64,000 nt of DNA from Antedon mediterranea (Eukaryota > Animalia > Echinodermata): NCBI RefSeq assembly GCF_964355755.1, contig NC_092680.1, positions 2,790,001 through 2,854,000 on the forward strand, read 5' to 3'. The notes under the pieces are model-generated. The model did not search any database and was not told the DNA's origin. It saw nothing but the letters and a program-made list of their open reading frames with translations. The position numbers and the translations under genes are program-made. This document shows positions 1 through 14,518 of the stretch, piece by piece. Within the stretch, counting starts at the first letter, position 1; every line of letters begins with the position of its first letter.

Positions 1-246
1 TTCCAATAATTGTGTTTTCCTCCGCCTGCGTGAAATCAAACCCCTTTGCGTTCTAGTGGGACCCGTACGCTTTAGAATTATGACGTCGACGATCTATATT
101 TTATAAAATGCTGAACCAGACATTTGAATGAAAACTCTAATAATAATAATTTAACATTATTATTATACCTCAAGACTTAAGAAACTACAAAATAAATTAA
201 CCACAAACTCAATTGTTTGTGTTTGTTGAATTCTTCTACTTTACAG

Positions 247-3200
247 ATTACAAATGTAAATCGTTAGTTGCAATTGTCGATATGCTTCACTGGTTTGCTG
301 GACAGCAAATTAGGAACGTTGCAGTAAGTTTATCCGCGGAAATAAAAAGTGTCTTTTGCGCTTGCGTATTCATATCCCACTTTTTGCAATACGTAAAACT
401 TCACAAAACCAATCACAGGATTATGAGTATGCTACTCGCTCTCTGCAAATATTTGTGTATCTCTTAAGCTCTGTTTATCACATTTTATGGACATGATGTC
501 ATATCACTAATATATTTGGGAATATCAATACCATATTCAAACTAGTTTGATAAGTGTAGACAGAGCTTTAGTGTCTCCTGTTCTCTTTTCTTTTTGAATA
601 TTTTCATCAACAAACCATGCCTTAAATATTTATTTTAGGCTGTTGGTGGAAATATAATTACCGGAAGTCCAATATCTGATTTAAATCCAATATTCATGGC
701 TGCCGGGAGTACGCTCGAGTTTGCTGACACCGATGGTAATGTTCCAATATTGTTCGGCTAATGTTTTTTTTAATTATTATTATTCTGGCCCTTCCTTTAA
801 TAATAATAATTCATGCTTATATTATTCAATTCCACGTACAAAAGCCTATTGATGAAACATATGAAGCCTACTAATTAGCATAAATTATAATTATTTCATG
901 ATACACATTCAAATGTTATTAGGAGTTCGGCGTATGGTCTCAATCAAAAATGATTTTTTTACTGGCTATCGGAAGAATTCTATGAAGGAAAATGAAACTC
1001 TGATTTCAATTACTGTACCTTTTACAAAGCAAGTAAGTTTTTTCGAAAGAAATCATAGTTCGACTTAATTATTCTATACAAACTTACAACCAAGGGATAC
1101 TGTTCATATTAAGATCGTTTTATAGATCTTTTTCTCTTTCTTTAGCTAATATTTTATTAAGGTCTAACGAAAATATTATTTCTTAGATATGATCTTGTAG
1201 GCCTATTTGAAGTCCATAAGCCTTTTTCAAAGTGTTACATTGTCAATTATTCTGTAAAGGTTTCATCTCTGTTGACTAATGCAGTATCTGTATTGTGTTT
1301 CTAATGAAATGCAAAAACAAAACCCCAAAAACTCTGGATTATAATTGTAGTGTGATTAGCAATAAAGAGAATAGTCTTCATCTACAGCATAACATAAATA
1401 ACTACTATCGTGATACGAATGATTAAAGATGGCTCATAGGTATGGGGCGCCGAACATGTCACCACAATGTTTATAGAGTTCAACCATACACAATTTACAT
1501 ATATTTGTTATTTTTCTTTTTCACAAAATAAAGACAGAATATTTTAAGGCGTTTAAACAAGCACATCGACGCGATGACGACATAGCAATTGTCAATGCTG
1601 CATTCAGAGTGGACTTCGACGAGAATACCATTAGAGACTGCACACTCGCATTCGGTGGAATGGCACCAACAACAAAACTTGCAGAGGAAACCATGAAATT
1701 GATGATTGGAAGGTACGACAGGGATCATAATAATAATAGTTTATTTTTAGCACATAAGCAAGCTGTCAATGCACTGCACATAATTACACCAGTCATTTTG
1801 GATTATACACATATGGAAACATACTCCCATAATTATGTCAATAACATCAAGGTGTGCATATCGCAATAATTATTTTATTAGACCATTAGACTAAAATCTT
1901 TAAAAATAATTATACAAAGTGAATTTACAAGTTTTAAAATGTTACTGATGAAGTTGATCAAAATTTAAAAAAATGTAATAATAATGAATTATGATGATGA
2001 CATGTAAGATGATATTATTGTGAATAAAAGTGGTGTTTACGCCACAAAAGAGAAAAAAAATTATAAATAATTATAATACACCTAATGCAAATTGTTTATG
2101 CAACGCACCAAATGTAACAAATGTATTCACAACGTCAAAGTTGTTACAAAAGTGAAAACGTAATGCATACATACAGTTCCCACTAGAACGCAACGCAGCG
2201 ACATATTGACGCAGTGCTGTATTGCGTAATCACAAGTGGGAACCGACGACGGGAGAGTGCTGCAAATATCATAGGTTGATTTCACGCAGGCGACGGGGGC
2301 AAGCACAATTATTGGAAGGGCATGTTCTTACGTTGCGTAGGTTGCGTTACGTTGCTAGTGGGAACCAAGCTTTACAATATTTCGGAAAATGTTACATTTC
2401 AGAGTTTGGGATCAAGCATTGTTTAATGACGTCACTGCTCATCTTGCCAATGAGATGTCGATTTCACCTGGTGCTCCTGGTGGAATGGTCGAATACAGAC
2501 AGTCACTTGTCATTAGTTTCTTCTTCAAGTTCTACGTTTTTGTTAGAATGGATAATACAACTAAGGTACTATATCTACTATTAAACATATTATATACAAT
2601 AAACAATACAAAACGGAAGATCACACTAAATTAGGATTTTCTCCAATTTAGTGAAGAGATTTGAAGATCGTAACAGATAGTTCGTAGTACACATAATAAG
2701 ATCATTTTCACTATTCAAAACTCTTATTCTAAAACCATATCAAAATATTCATAGTAGTTTTTATCTTGGCAGAAATACCAAAAAACAATAATATTAAAAC
2801 CATTTAAAATATAAAAGCATTGTACACATAGGTACATGATCAACATGTAACAACAGTATCATGTACAAAAGTTAAAAATAACTTATCGTCTGATAGCAGA
2901 ATGCAATGTATGTTTGTTGTATATCTAACTTATTGTTAAGAATACAGAATTTTAAAGACGGTCTTAGGGATTCATTTTTTCTTGAATTTCTGAAATACAT
3001 ATTATTTGTTTATCTTTGTAGACATCTAGTAAGGAGGAGTCTTCGGCGTCTATTCCATTGAAACGTGGTATTGTGGAAAGCACTCAAATGTTCCAGGTAT
3101 GATCAATGAAGCGCATACAAGAACAATCTAAAATATGATTAATTACCGTAATAAATTTGTTTTACAAGCAGATATTCAATTTTATTGTTTCACAAGTGTG

Positions 3201-6200
3201 TGCCCTTGAAAAAATCAATTTCCAAGAATATCTGAAAATGAAAATTCTACTTCCTTATTTATGTCTTAATTCTATTTTTTTTCTTCCATAAGCCCAGTTT
3301 ACAGTAGTACAAGAAACAACAATAGTGGCAAACTTAATCTTCTTTTTTTTATTTACAATTATTTATAGGAGGTTAGCGATGACCGGTCACCTATTGATCT
3401 TGTTGGTAGGCCAGTGGTTCATTTATCAGCCTATCAACAGGCCACTGGGGAGGCTGTTTTTGTTGACGATATTGTTCCGTTCCAAAGTAAGCAAACGTAG
3501 GCCTATATCGTATAGTAGTATGATTCCATTGTTTTAATCCGCTGAAAACGTTAGAAGTAACAAATAACAACATAGGGTGCATAGCATTCATTTCGTAAAT
3601 AAACAATCTCTTGAATTGAATTATTCGCCGTCATAATTGCTAGGAAAACTGTAAACATAACCTATATAAATTAATAACGCCCTAAACAAATAATATTTAC
3701 AGGCACGTTTAATGGCCATATATACCTCGACCCTTCTCACTGGAAGTCGCTATATACTGGTTATATTCCTGCCACGATACGATAACCACCATGTGAATTG
3801 ATATATTCCGGTGACGATGCAGGTACGATGCACGTATCTATATCGGCATCAGGATATACTGTAGATGTGTGAGAACAGGGCTTAAGTAGTTTATCGTGGT
3901 GGTGGTGGTTGGAAAGGTTTTTTTTCGATGACAGGCTATTATTGCCTAGAAAATGCATGCAAATATCTAACATTATCAACAATATCAACGCGAAAACGAC
4001 AAAATAAACTATAAGCCATATTGACTTATTACTGTACATGAATATATTATCATTTTTTATTCAGATGAACTCTTTATGGCCATAGTTTTCAGCCAAAAAG
4101 CACATGCAATTATAAAGTAAGTTTAATTTTTTTAACTGTTATCAATATGTTTTTTTTACTAAAGAAAAAAAACATATTTATATCTATCTAAATGGTCTGT
4201 GAATTACTGCAATAAAGCACTATGAATAAAACTCAGAACTATTTTATGAACCCGCACAACTTTACTTTTTTTAAAATTATTTATTTTATATTTCATGATA
4301 CCAACAGGACCGACGCAGCGGTAACACACACACAAAATAAATATAAATATCAAATTCTGCAATTAACAATTCATTGTTCTAACTAATTATCTTTAAGCAA
4401 CTTTACTCTGTTGATCGCATTCGTCTATTATTCTATTAAACGTATTCATTTTTATATACTAATTTTTTGATTTTAATCTGGTGGCCAATCTGGTGGCCAA
4501 ACTAGTGTAACTTTGTTTTTTCAATGTTAATGTTATATGTGTGTGCAGAGACATAATAAAAACAAACAAACGTATTATTATTGGTTAGAGTTTTTATTTT
4601 GTTTCTGACAGATCAGTAGATGCTACGGCAGCCCTGGCTATTCGTGGTGTCCACGTCTATGTTGACCACAATGACGTTCCGGGAAATAATTTCATTGGGA
4701 ACCCGGTAAAAGATGAAGAACTGTTCGCTACAAGTAATGTACGTTCATGATTTATAAATGTAATATGACTATGTGATGGATATCTAAATTATGGTTTTAC
4801 AAAAAATATCACATTTTCTGATTTGTATCAAATTATCAAATTAGATGACTTTAGAAAAATACACAAACTGGGTCTAAATGTATACTTTCTTCTGTCTCAA
4901 CTGTTACTATCTTTACCATTAAATATTTTGTTTGTTACTAATGTTGTCCAGGTAACTTCAATTGGCCAATACATTGGAGGAATTGTAGCAGAGGATAGGG
5001 ATATAGCGCAACGAGCAGCAAAATTAGTTAAAGTAGAATATCAAGAATTGGAACCAATTATCTCAATTGAAGTTAGTATATAGTATTGGTATAATAATAA
5101 TAATATAATATATCAAATTGAATAGCAATTCTATTCCCTTTAAAGTTATGTAACCTTCGTTAACTTCACTGTAATAGAATATGTATTTACTTTTATCAAA
5201 GAACTTATTACACAAGAATCTCCTGTTCTTCAATTTGCATTCAAAACACAGTACCGGAAGTACAGGGTTAAAAGGTCAAACTGGGCGACGCCATTTCACA
5301 GCATGGAGCAGCGCCCCCTCCAAACTAGGAAGTCAATTACTCTACCCCCTAGAGTATTAGCAGATCCCCCCTATGATTTTGACTTTCTAATTTGATGCGG
5401 GCGCCCTACTCCTCAGTCAATTACTCTATCTCCCCTAGAGCATCAGCAGATCCCCTCTATGATTTTGACTTTCTAATTTGATGCGGGCGCCCTACTCCTC
5501 AGTCAATTACTCTATCCCCCCCCCCCCTAGAGCATTAGCAGATCCCCTCTATGATTTTGACTTTCTAATTTGATACGGGCGCCCTACTCCATAGCTCACA
5601 ATGGCGCCACCCATAGCTCTATTCTATCCCACAATGCCTTTGGAAATTGTTACGCGCTTCGGACGAACAGGAGATTCTTGTGTTATAAGTTCTTTGCTTG
5701 TATACATGTGTAATGTAATACAGTATTTGAGATCCTCATAGGCAATTATATTCTTCTATCAGAATTATATTTCCGCTCAGCTCAAATCTACTTAGTGTAT
5801 GTAATTCTCAAATGTTTTTCCATTATTTATTTTTCAAAGAAAATAAAATGTGCAGTAGCGAAATCAAACATAACAGAATATAAAGACAATTATAAAATGA
5901 GGAAGAAGCTACCGTAATATATCCATCATTTCATTTCTGATATATAATAATTTCATTATTAAAGACATAATTATTGTCCCCCCCCCCCCCCCCCAAAAAA
6001 AAAAAAAGGTTTAATCAAGTTATTCACTTTCACTAAGGAATTGCACTAACAGTATAAATAAACAACATAGATTAAAAAATCCATTGTCTGACAAACAAAT
6101 TTGACTATTTTTTTTACTTTAAATTACAGTTCTTTCAAGTAAATATTTTTATATCCAATTTTTGATAAAAGTGAATATTCTATTACGTGACATTAAAATG

Positions 6201-9200
6201 GCAAATTTAACAAAGACATTGCCAGGAGACAATATATAGTGTAAAATAGTATAATATCATAGAAGTGTATTTGAAATAGGTGTGGCCGTGGGAATTCTTA
6301 ATTATTTTTTTTTTGTATTTGAAGGATGCTATTGCAAAAAATAGTTCCATCGAACCGACTAGGATACTAACAAAGGGTAGTGTATTAGATGGTTTCAAAT
6401 ACTCAGACCAAGTAGTAGAAGGTGAAATAAAAGTTGGCGAGCAAGAACACTTTTACATGGAAACACAATCGTGCATAGCTATACCCACCATCGAAGATGA
6501 TGTCATGGACATTATAACCTCGTCACAGACTCTAAAATCAGTACAGGTATTTTTAGTCGCGTGCAACGCGACTTTACAGCTCACTATGTCGGTCGGTTGG
6601 TCGGTCGGTAAACACTAACTTGTATATGACCTTATCTTGATATCAGTTTAATCTAGCTAAGTCAATTTTTCACAGTATATTCCTTATGGCCATGAATCAA
6701 TGTGGTTATGTTTTCACGGTGCGCAATAAAAAATTACGCGGTCTACGCACGATTGAACGAAATCACGTTTGTAATCATATCTTCACAAGCATGAATCACA
6801 ATAAATAAAATTTGGTACTCATAAATTTCAGGGCATAAATCATCATATGGCAATACAATTACGTGCGTAGCGCATGTAACGCATGCGTACGCGCGCTTAA
6901 AATTTTCAAAATTGTCAACATTTATTTTCGATGAAATAAGAGTACGTTTCGGGCAATTTTAAGCGTTTAAAAAATTGCCATGAGTGCGCAGATTTCTGCA
7001 CGCGCACTGCGCGTTAAATGTTAATACGCACTCTTTATGCCCGATTTGTGTTTTCTTGACTTACTTTTCAACTCGAAATTACGTTATACGAGCACGTCAA
7101 AAGTGACAGGCTACGCACGTGTCAATTAAAAAAATATAAATGTTTTTAAACATTTTCAACATTTTTAAACATGTTCAGCAATTTCGGTCCGTTGGTCGAT
7201 CGGTTGGTAGGTTGATCGGTCGGTTGGTCGGTCGGTAAACACTAACTTGAGCAGCACGCGACTGCAGCCATCTATATGGCCTTGTTTTACTTATTTTGTA
7301 TTTTAAAATGACCATACAAATAAAAATGTGCCATGTGAAATATGTGCCATGTGAAATATGTGCCATGTGAAATATGTGCCATGTGAAATATGTGCCATGT
7401 GAAATATGTGCCATGTGAAATTATGAAAATGATTCATCAAGCAATCCACTTTCCACTATTTTCAGTGTTGGAATCGTAAAAAGTTTCCATATCATGAACT
7501 TGGAAGTAAAGCTAATTTCGTAAACAAGCTTATTAGGAGTATTGGCTAACACAGTGGCTTCTTTTTAACTTTGTACGATAGTCTCAGTAAATGAAAATAT
7601 AATTTTTACATTACAAGCAAAAAGCTACCGGATGATAATTGTATTTAAATACTGTGGAGCTTTGAAGCTTTGCGCCAGTAATTGACCTATTCTGAAGTAC
7701 ATTTTGTTGTTCATAAGTACATTTCGCAAGTAATTCTCTGGTGGGATTACCAGCTAACATTGACATAAACTCAAGTAATCTGTATATTCTATTCCTTTTA
7801 AATACTATAGGCGGCGGTTGCTGATGTCATCGGTGTACAGTATCATAAAGTCAGAACTCGAGCAAAACGAGTTGGAGGTGCGTTTGGTGGAAAAGAAACT
7901 GGTAATATTCCACCAGCCGCTGCTGCCGCCGTTGCTGCTAAATCGTACGTACGCATTACTACGCAAGCAATTGTTGACCAATGACAAGCGACAGTTCAAA
8001 TAACCACTCGCTTGTAATTGGTCAAATCATAGATTATTTCCATATGGGTTTAAATAGACAAAGTTACGATAATTCCTTAGTTACCCATTTAATATGCATT
8101 CATTTTAAAGGGTTTCTAATATATATTATTAAATCCAACAATATATCGTTGGCTAAAATATCCTTACTTTTCATTTCATGCCAAATGCATGATAATATTA
8201 TGAATATTATTATTTATCGTGAACAAATTTGATTTATTTAAGGTGCAAACGACCAGTACGCTGTGTACTAGACCGTAACGACGACATGGCCAGTACGGGA
8301 ACCAGACATGCCTTTCTTGCACGTTATAAAGTGGGGTTCACCAACGATGGAAAGATACAAGCATTGAAAATTGATATGTATATGAATTGCGGACATTCTC
8401 AAGATTTATCACTGAGTGTAAATATAAAGTTTTTTCTTGTACTGTATTCTGTATTTCATCATGCGAGTTTTTTTAAACGATAATATGAATAATAATGTTA
8501 TTTTATGCGATAATTCTTTTTTAAAAAGATGAAAAACAGATGTGTTCCTTTAAATTAAAAAATATACCTGATCAATTTATTAGCTTACTACATAAAATTT
8601 GAAAATATAATGTTATAAAAACTTTGTGAATACTGATATCGAAAACATTTAGTAGTTTATTTTCTTTTGGCCTTTTAAATCACTGTGCTACTGTAACACA
8701 AGGCTAACAGAAATGTATCTTTTAGTAGTTTTACCGATTGTTAAAAAAATATATATATTTTTAGATTGTAAATTGGAAAGTTTGTCTCTGATTATCTCCT
8801 AATAATTACTGGTTTATAGGAATATTCTTTGAAACCTTTTTCGAGAAATGTTGCAGGTTGATTTAATTTCATTTATTGTACACATAGAAACATGGTTTAA
8901 AATTGTTGTAAAGCAAACTTAACCACACTATTGTTTTTGAACTTCGAAGTTTGAATTCTGGTTGGAGGTTCTTTAAAAAAAGTAAACTCTGTTACTGGAG
9001 GATTGTCATTTTTTTCTTATGCAGGATCACAAAGACTGAATAACAAACCTCAGCAAACTATTTTGTCCAGAAGGTACACCTTACTTCTGCACAGTATAGT
9101 TTTCAGCAACTGGTCGTCTAAAATTAGCAAATTTTTCTTGTAAAAATCGTAGTTTGCTCAAGTTGGCTTTACCGTACCATTAATTGAAACAAAATGTGTT

Positions 9201-12200
9201 AATGAAATTGAATTCAATTATTTTTATGATTCTTAATCAGGTGATGGAACGTGCCATGTTCCATGTACAGAATGTTTACTACATCCCGAATGTAGAGGCG
9301 CATGGGTACTGTTGCAAGACGAATATATCTTCAAATACGGCTTTTAGAGGCTTTGGAAGTCCACAGTCAACATTGGCGGTAGAAAATTGGATTTCAGACA
9401 TTGCTTTGGCTTGTGGGATCTCACAGAACAAGGTATATGCATTAAGCCAATTTTCCACTAGACGAATTTAAAGCGTCAGCTTATACGCATGCGTATTCAT
9501 GATTCCATCTTCCAAATCCCTCTCTACGCATGCGTATAAGCTGAAACTTAACAGTTAATAAAACTCCTATTTATTTTGTATTCATTTGTTATTTTTTGTT
9601 ATAAGGTGCGGGAAATCAACATGCTTCAAGTTGGCCAATCAACATATTTCAATCAGAAAGTTGAGGATCTTCAGTTGCTGAAGAGATGCTGGGAAGAATG
9701 CCTTGATAACAGTGAATATAAACATAGACAGTCGCAAGTAGAAGAATACAATAGGTAAATAACGCTCGAGCTGTCATTAATTGTTCATAATACAACTATC
9801 CGCAAGAATACTATTAAACCATTTTCATATTATGAATAAAATAAATAAAACATGAATAAAAATAAAAGAAAGTTGAGTAATTTTTCAGATTATGAGAATG
9901 TATTGTTTATTTTGAATTTCTTCCCATGGAGCATTATTGAATATGACGCGCCATGCGATTACGTAGCTATTGCGTCTAACTGTCATTATGTACATAGTCA
10001 TTTTGTCTGACCCAACTGACTTTCAACTTGACAGATGTATAGTTTTGTTGGCATACGGTTTATACAAAAACTCATTATTATTACTGTACTACTATTATTA
10101 CCAGCAACGTGTAAACACTAACATTTATGCATTTTTGATTTCACAACTGATTTATTATAATCAATTTTCAGATCAAAACGATGGCAGAAACGAGGAATCG
10201 CAGCTTTACCAATAATGTACGGAGTTGGTTATTCGAATAGATTTTTGAATCAGGTTTGTTACTTATTTTGATCTTTGAGAAAAAAGCACTTAAATCATAT
10301 ATACGATGCCATTAGTACATTCTTTCACAACTTTGCCAATTTCTTTCTTGAAAAACTACAGGCAGGGGCGTTGGTTATTATTTACACAGATGGAAGTGTG
10401 TTATTAACACATGGTGGGGTTGAAATGGGTCAGGGGTTGTACACGAAGATGGTCCAGGTAGCCAGCCGAACGTTGGGCATTCCAGCAAGTAGAATTCATA
10501 CCAATGAAACTTCAACAGCTACAGTACCAAACACGTCACCAACATCTGCTAGTGTTGGCTCTGACTTGAACGGAATGGCTGTTAAGGTAAACTACTACAT
10601 TAATAATTAACTAACATTTTAATTTATTAAATTGATACTTCCCAAAATATACATATCCATATATATATCCAAAGGCAAATTACTGAAAATAATGACAATG
10701 CTGTGGGTATCAATGGCTGTGGAGATACAAAATAAAAAAAGCAAAAAGCTAATTCAAAACGATAAAGTAAAACAACCAGAAAAAGTAGCAGAGCTTTCGC
10801 GCAACACTAGCCCTTCATCAAGTAAGAGTACTTGGACAAAGTAGATAGTATTAAGCAGACAAGCGCTGCCTGAGTGGAATGGAATAAACGAAATAAAACA
10901 AAGAAGGCACAGGCTGATGAATAGAGGGTGTAGATAGTAAGATATATATTTGGTATGTAGATATATTGGTTGGTATCCATATACACATCCCAGCAAACAG
11001 AAGGATTGGAAAGTGGTAAACGTGAAATAAACTGGTTAGTTTTTAGCTCAACATTAGTTCTTCTATTACAAATGTTTTGTTATTGTTATTTTGCTGATTA
11101 ATACAAGTAGTTTGTTTGTACCATGTTAGATTGCATGTGAAAAACTTTGTAAAAGACTTGAACCTTACAAGAAACAAGAACCGAATAAAACGTGGAATGA
11201 ATGGGTAAGATAGCTTTGAATTTCAACAGGCTAATATTTCAGTACAAACTGAACACTTTACAAAGAATTTAGAACTTAGTCAATGTTATGGTTTACCGTG
11301 GAACAAATAAAGATAATTTGGAACTCATACATTGTTTGTTGTTCGCATGTAGCAACTTCACTCCCAAAGACTTTTTAGAGCATGTTTGTTAAGGTAGAGC
11401 TCACTTACATACATACTTACGTACATTTCTGAAAACACATTTCATTTTGCAAGACCCAACTCATCCCTACACTGTGTTTTTGAGGTATACATTACTGGTC
11501 CATCATCTCTCCTCAGTCAACCAATTTGAGGTTCACTGCTATTAAGAGCACTAAATGCACGAGGATGATGTTGGGGTTCTATGTTTTTTCAAAGTTTTTT
11601 TTTTAGAAATATGCAAATGATATAATAAATGTAAAAGTTGATTTTTCAACTGATGATTAAATAAATTATTTATTATTTTGTTTAGGTAAAGGCGGCATAT
11701 TTTGACAGAGTGAATTTGTCTGCCACAGGTTTTTATAAGTAAGTGCTTGAAGGGTTCTACAAAGGTAATTGTAAAAGGGTTTACAAAAACTTACGAGTTC
11801 TACAAGTAATTGTTAAAGAATGATGCTGTATTATTATTACGATATGATATACTAGAGATATCTAGATAAAGTAACAAGAATCACCATGCAAGATATTATT
11901 ACTATAGTGATAGTAAATTAATATATTTTAAATTGTTAAAGGACACCAGACATTGGATTTGATTGGCAAACCAAATCTGGAAATCCATCGTATTACTTTA
12001 CGTATGGCGTGGCGGTGTCAGAGGTAGAAATAGATTGTTTAACAGGAGATCATGTTGTTTTGCGTACAGACATCGTAATGGATGTTGGAGATAGCATTAA
12101 TCCTGCCATCGACATAGGCCAGGTACGTTTGTAACCGTGCGGAATAATCAACAGTAATGTGATGTTTTAAAGTCAAGCTAAAGCCTAAAGCTCTGTCTAC

Positions 12201-13912
12201 ACTATTACACTTTATATGACAAAAAGTGAGATGTGCCAATTTATGGACATGGTGATGTCAATTTGCGTTTAAAAAAGTTTAAAATTTCCAAACGTTTATA
12301 GTGTATTATTTCTGAAAGTATTATTTCTGAAAGTATTAATAATCCTAAACTACTGTTTAATTTTGAAAACGAAAAAATGGAAATAATGATGAAATATCTA
12401 TAGCTATTCAACAACTTGTATGATTATCTTGAATGTGATTTATCAGATTGAAGGTGCTTTTGTACAAGGGTATGGATTATACACGTTGGAAGAACACAGA
12501 TGGAGCCCCACCGGTCAGTTACTGACAAAAGGACCTGGTTTTTACAAGTTACCAAGTTTTACCGATATACCTGTTACGTTCAACGTCAGCCTGCTTGACG
12601 GCGTCCCACATGAAAAGGTTGTTTGCTCATCAAAGGTAGGCCTACACAGAGTTAACACATATCTATTGGGGTAATAATGTGCAGCGCATTAAGAGCTTGC
12701 GTATGTGCGCTATATAAGAATGAACTATTATTAGCATTTTTTAAAACTTGTATATCTTAATTTTTTTATGTCCTTCCCACTTTTATTTATTACTGTAATT
12801 TAACCTGTATATATGATTTATTATTAATGAATACAATTCAATTGATTGTTTTAATGAAATTGAACGATTTTGTTTGATTTTTATTACTCGGGGTACCCGA
12901 GTCTAGGACTTACTAATTTTCTCCTCCTCCTCCATCTGGACACTATTGAGTAAAAAAAGCGATTTGTAAAGTACAACTCCTCCCTTATTCGTTGTAGTAT
13001 GAAGCTGGGGTTTGGCATGAATATACTACAGGTACATGTCCTCAAAGCTATAGAGCCAGATTTTTAAATTTCAAACCGGATGCAGCCATATCACGTCTAA
13101 AAAATGGACCTTATAGCCGTATTTGGTAGCAAGGTTGATGTGTATGTGACGTCGCATCCCGTCTTAGGACGTCATTACAGCTTCTTTTGCTGTACCACGA
13201 GTATTGCACATTCGTGCTTGTTTAAAATTATATTTAATAAAAGTTGTATAAATGAATTTCTTAAAGCATAGTCCTAAGCTAAATATTGTATGGAAAAAAA
13301 TTGGGGAAAATTGATAATGAAGAACTATAAACTAGAGGGACTAACATTCAAAATATCGAATCAATCGCTTGCCTCACTTTTCCAAATTTATTATGTTATG
13401 CTTAACAACATTGTGAATGCCGTATTATGAATCATAAATAAATCATATAATATTGATATCCTTCGATAGGCAATAGGTGAGCCGCCACTACTATTAGCTG
13501 GATCAGTCTTTTTTGCCATTAAAGATGCCATCCGTGCTGCAAGACGCGATGCCGGTAAAGAAGAGATATTTAGATTGGACAGTCCAGCAACTGCCGAACG
13601 AATCAGGATGGCATGTGCAGATAGCATTACTGAAAAGGTGAGATCGACTGTTTAGGGAGAGAGAGAGAGAGCCTTTTAGGCTGGTTCCCACTACGCAACT
13701 GATCAGTCAATGTTATACCCGGTTTTGTTAACTCCGAGAACTTGTTACAATTCCTAAGACGACGACAACTCACAACTGGTTTCAGATTCTGAAATACTTT
13801 TTTAAAAACCATATTACCGTACTTTATTAGGTCTAATGCTATTTATTTGTTTTTGTTTCAGTTCCCTCCTGCTTCACCTGGCACCTTCACACCTTTCTTT
13901 ATCAGATCATAA
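247..13912 (+). CDS. XDH: Xanthine dehydrogenase/oxidase (molybdo-flavoenzyme), 5'-partial, 23 exons in window
   Basis: Phase-consistent GT-AG exons: 247-323, 639-735, 923-1032, 1534-1712, 2403-2565, 3022-3096, 3369-3486, 4065-4116, 4612-4738, 4952-5071, 6325-6546, 7811-7944, 8243-8417, 9241-9432, 9606-9754, 10172-10253, 10362-10586, 11130-11204, 11686-11738, 11942-12122, 12447-12635, 13470-13637, 13862-13912 (TAA). Motifs: [86 protein letters not shown] (catalytic Glu). The 2Fe-2S N-terminus lies upstream of the window. Confidence 0.95.
465..570. mobile_element. Short MITE, AAGCTCTGTCTACACTATCAAAC terminal-repeat family (PIF/Harbinger-like)
   Basis: Degenerate left end and GTTTGATAAGTGTAGACAGAGCTTTA right end. 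Related copies at about 12188-12260 (partial), 16731-16888 and 46293-46426. Confidence 0.55.
2173..2372. mobile_element. MITE with GGTTCCCACTAG-AACGCAACG inverted ends
   Basis: gttcccactagaacgcaacgca near 2176 is mirrored by ttgcgttacgttgctagtgggaacc near 2343-2367. Similar end fragments at about 45-65 and 13680. Confidence 0.55.
5197..5696. mobile_element. Non-autonomous DNA transposon (P-superfamily-like MITE) in an XDH intron, with three internal ~78-bp tandem units
   Basis: 32-bp TIRs CAAAGAACTTAT(T/A)ACACAAGAATCTCCTGTTC with one mismatch; 7-bp imperfect TSD cttttat/cttgtat; internal tandem repeat at about 5332-5590. Confidence 0.75.
6550..7286 (+). mobile_element. Helentron-associated non-autonomous element (HINE/DINE-like)
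   Basis: T-rich ends, 5' hairpin agtcgcgt-gca-acgcgact, (GGTC)n microsatellite, subterminal cgcgact repeat and 3' stem-loop gccat-ctat-atggc-cttgttt. Closely similar copies at 18068-18765 and 18912-19716. Confidence 0.7.
7327..7420. repeat. 16-bp tandem repeat (TGTGCCATGTGAAATA) x ~6
   Basis: Directly visible. Confidence 0.9.
12878..13223 (+). mobile_element. Second HINE-like non-autonomous family
   Basis: 5' hairpin actcggggtacccgagt after a T-run; 3' cgagt repeat plus gcac-attc-gtgc stem-loop followed by ttgttt. Confidence 0.5.
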
Positions 13913-14518
13913 CGGTTTTATTTGGGATTCTATAGTAATACCAGCTTTTATCAAAAGAAGACACTACAACTAATGTATAATAATGGACGAACTTGTATTG
14001 TTTTATTGATGGACTATGTAGTGTATCAAACGACACATTTCCAATTGTATGTATTGTGTATGAAATTGGACAATAACAGTTTTTTGAATTTTGAATTTAG
14101 ATTAAAAAGTTTGTTTTAATTTTATTGTAAAACCAAAGGCAAATTACTGAAAAAATGACACAGATGTGGGTATCAGTAGCTGGATCTCAATAGAGATATA
14201 AAAAATAAGCAAAAAGCTATTTTTTTTATTAAATAAGTTTCTACTTCAAAACTTAATGTTTATAAAGCCTGGTTTCCATAAAATCGCTACACCGTTTCCA
14301 TTGAAATCGCTACACGCGCAAATGTTGCCGACGCGCATCGGGGAGGTCTCTCCAATTCATCGCAGACAAATCGGCAAAGTTCAACCATGTTCAACTTTGC
14401 CGATTTTGTCGGCGATGAGTCGTATACGCGTGTACCAAAGAATATTTAGCGCTCGCGTACTAGATCCCCGATAAATTCTAACCTCTTCTTATATTGAATT
14501 AAGCAATTTTAACGATAA

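Noticed and set aside
247-13912. Calling the gene aldehyde oxidase
   Set aside because: It retains the XDH-diagnostic Glu and Arg substrate residues and the NAD-site Tyr.
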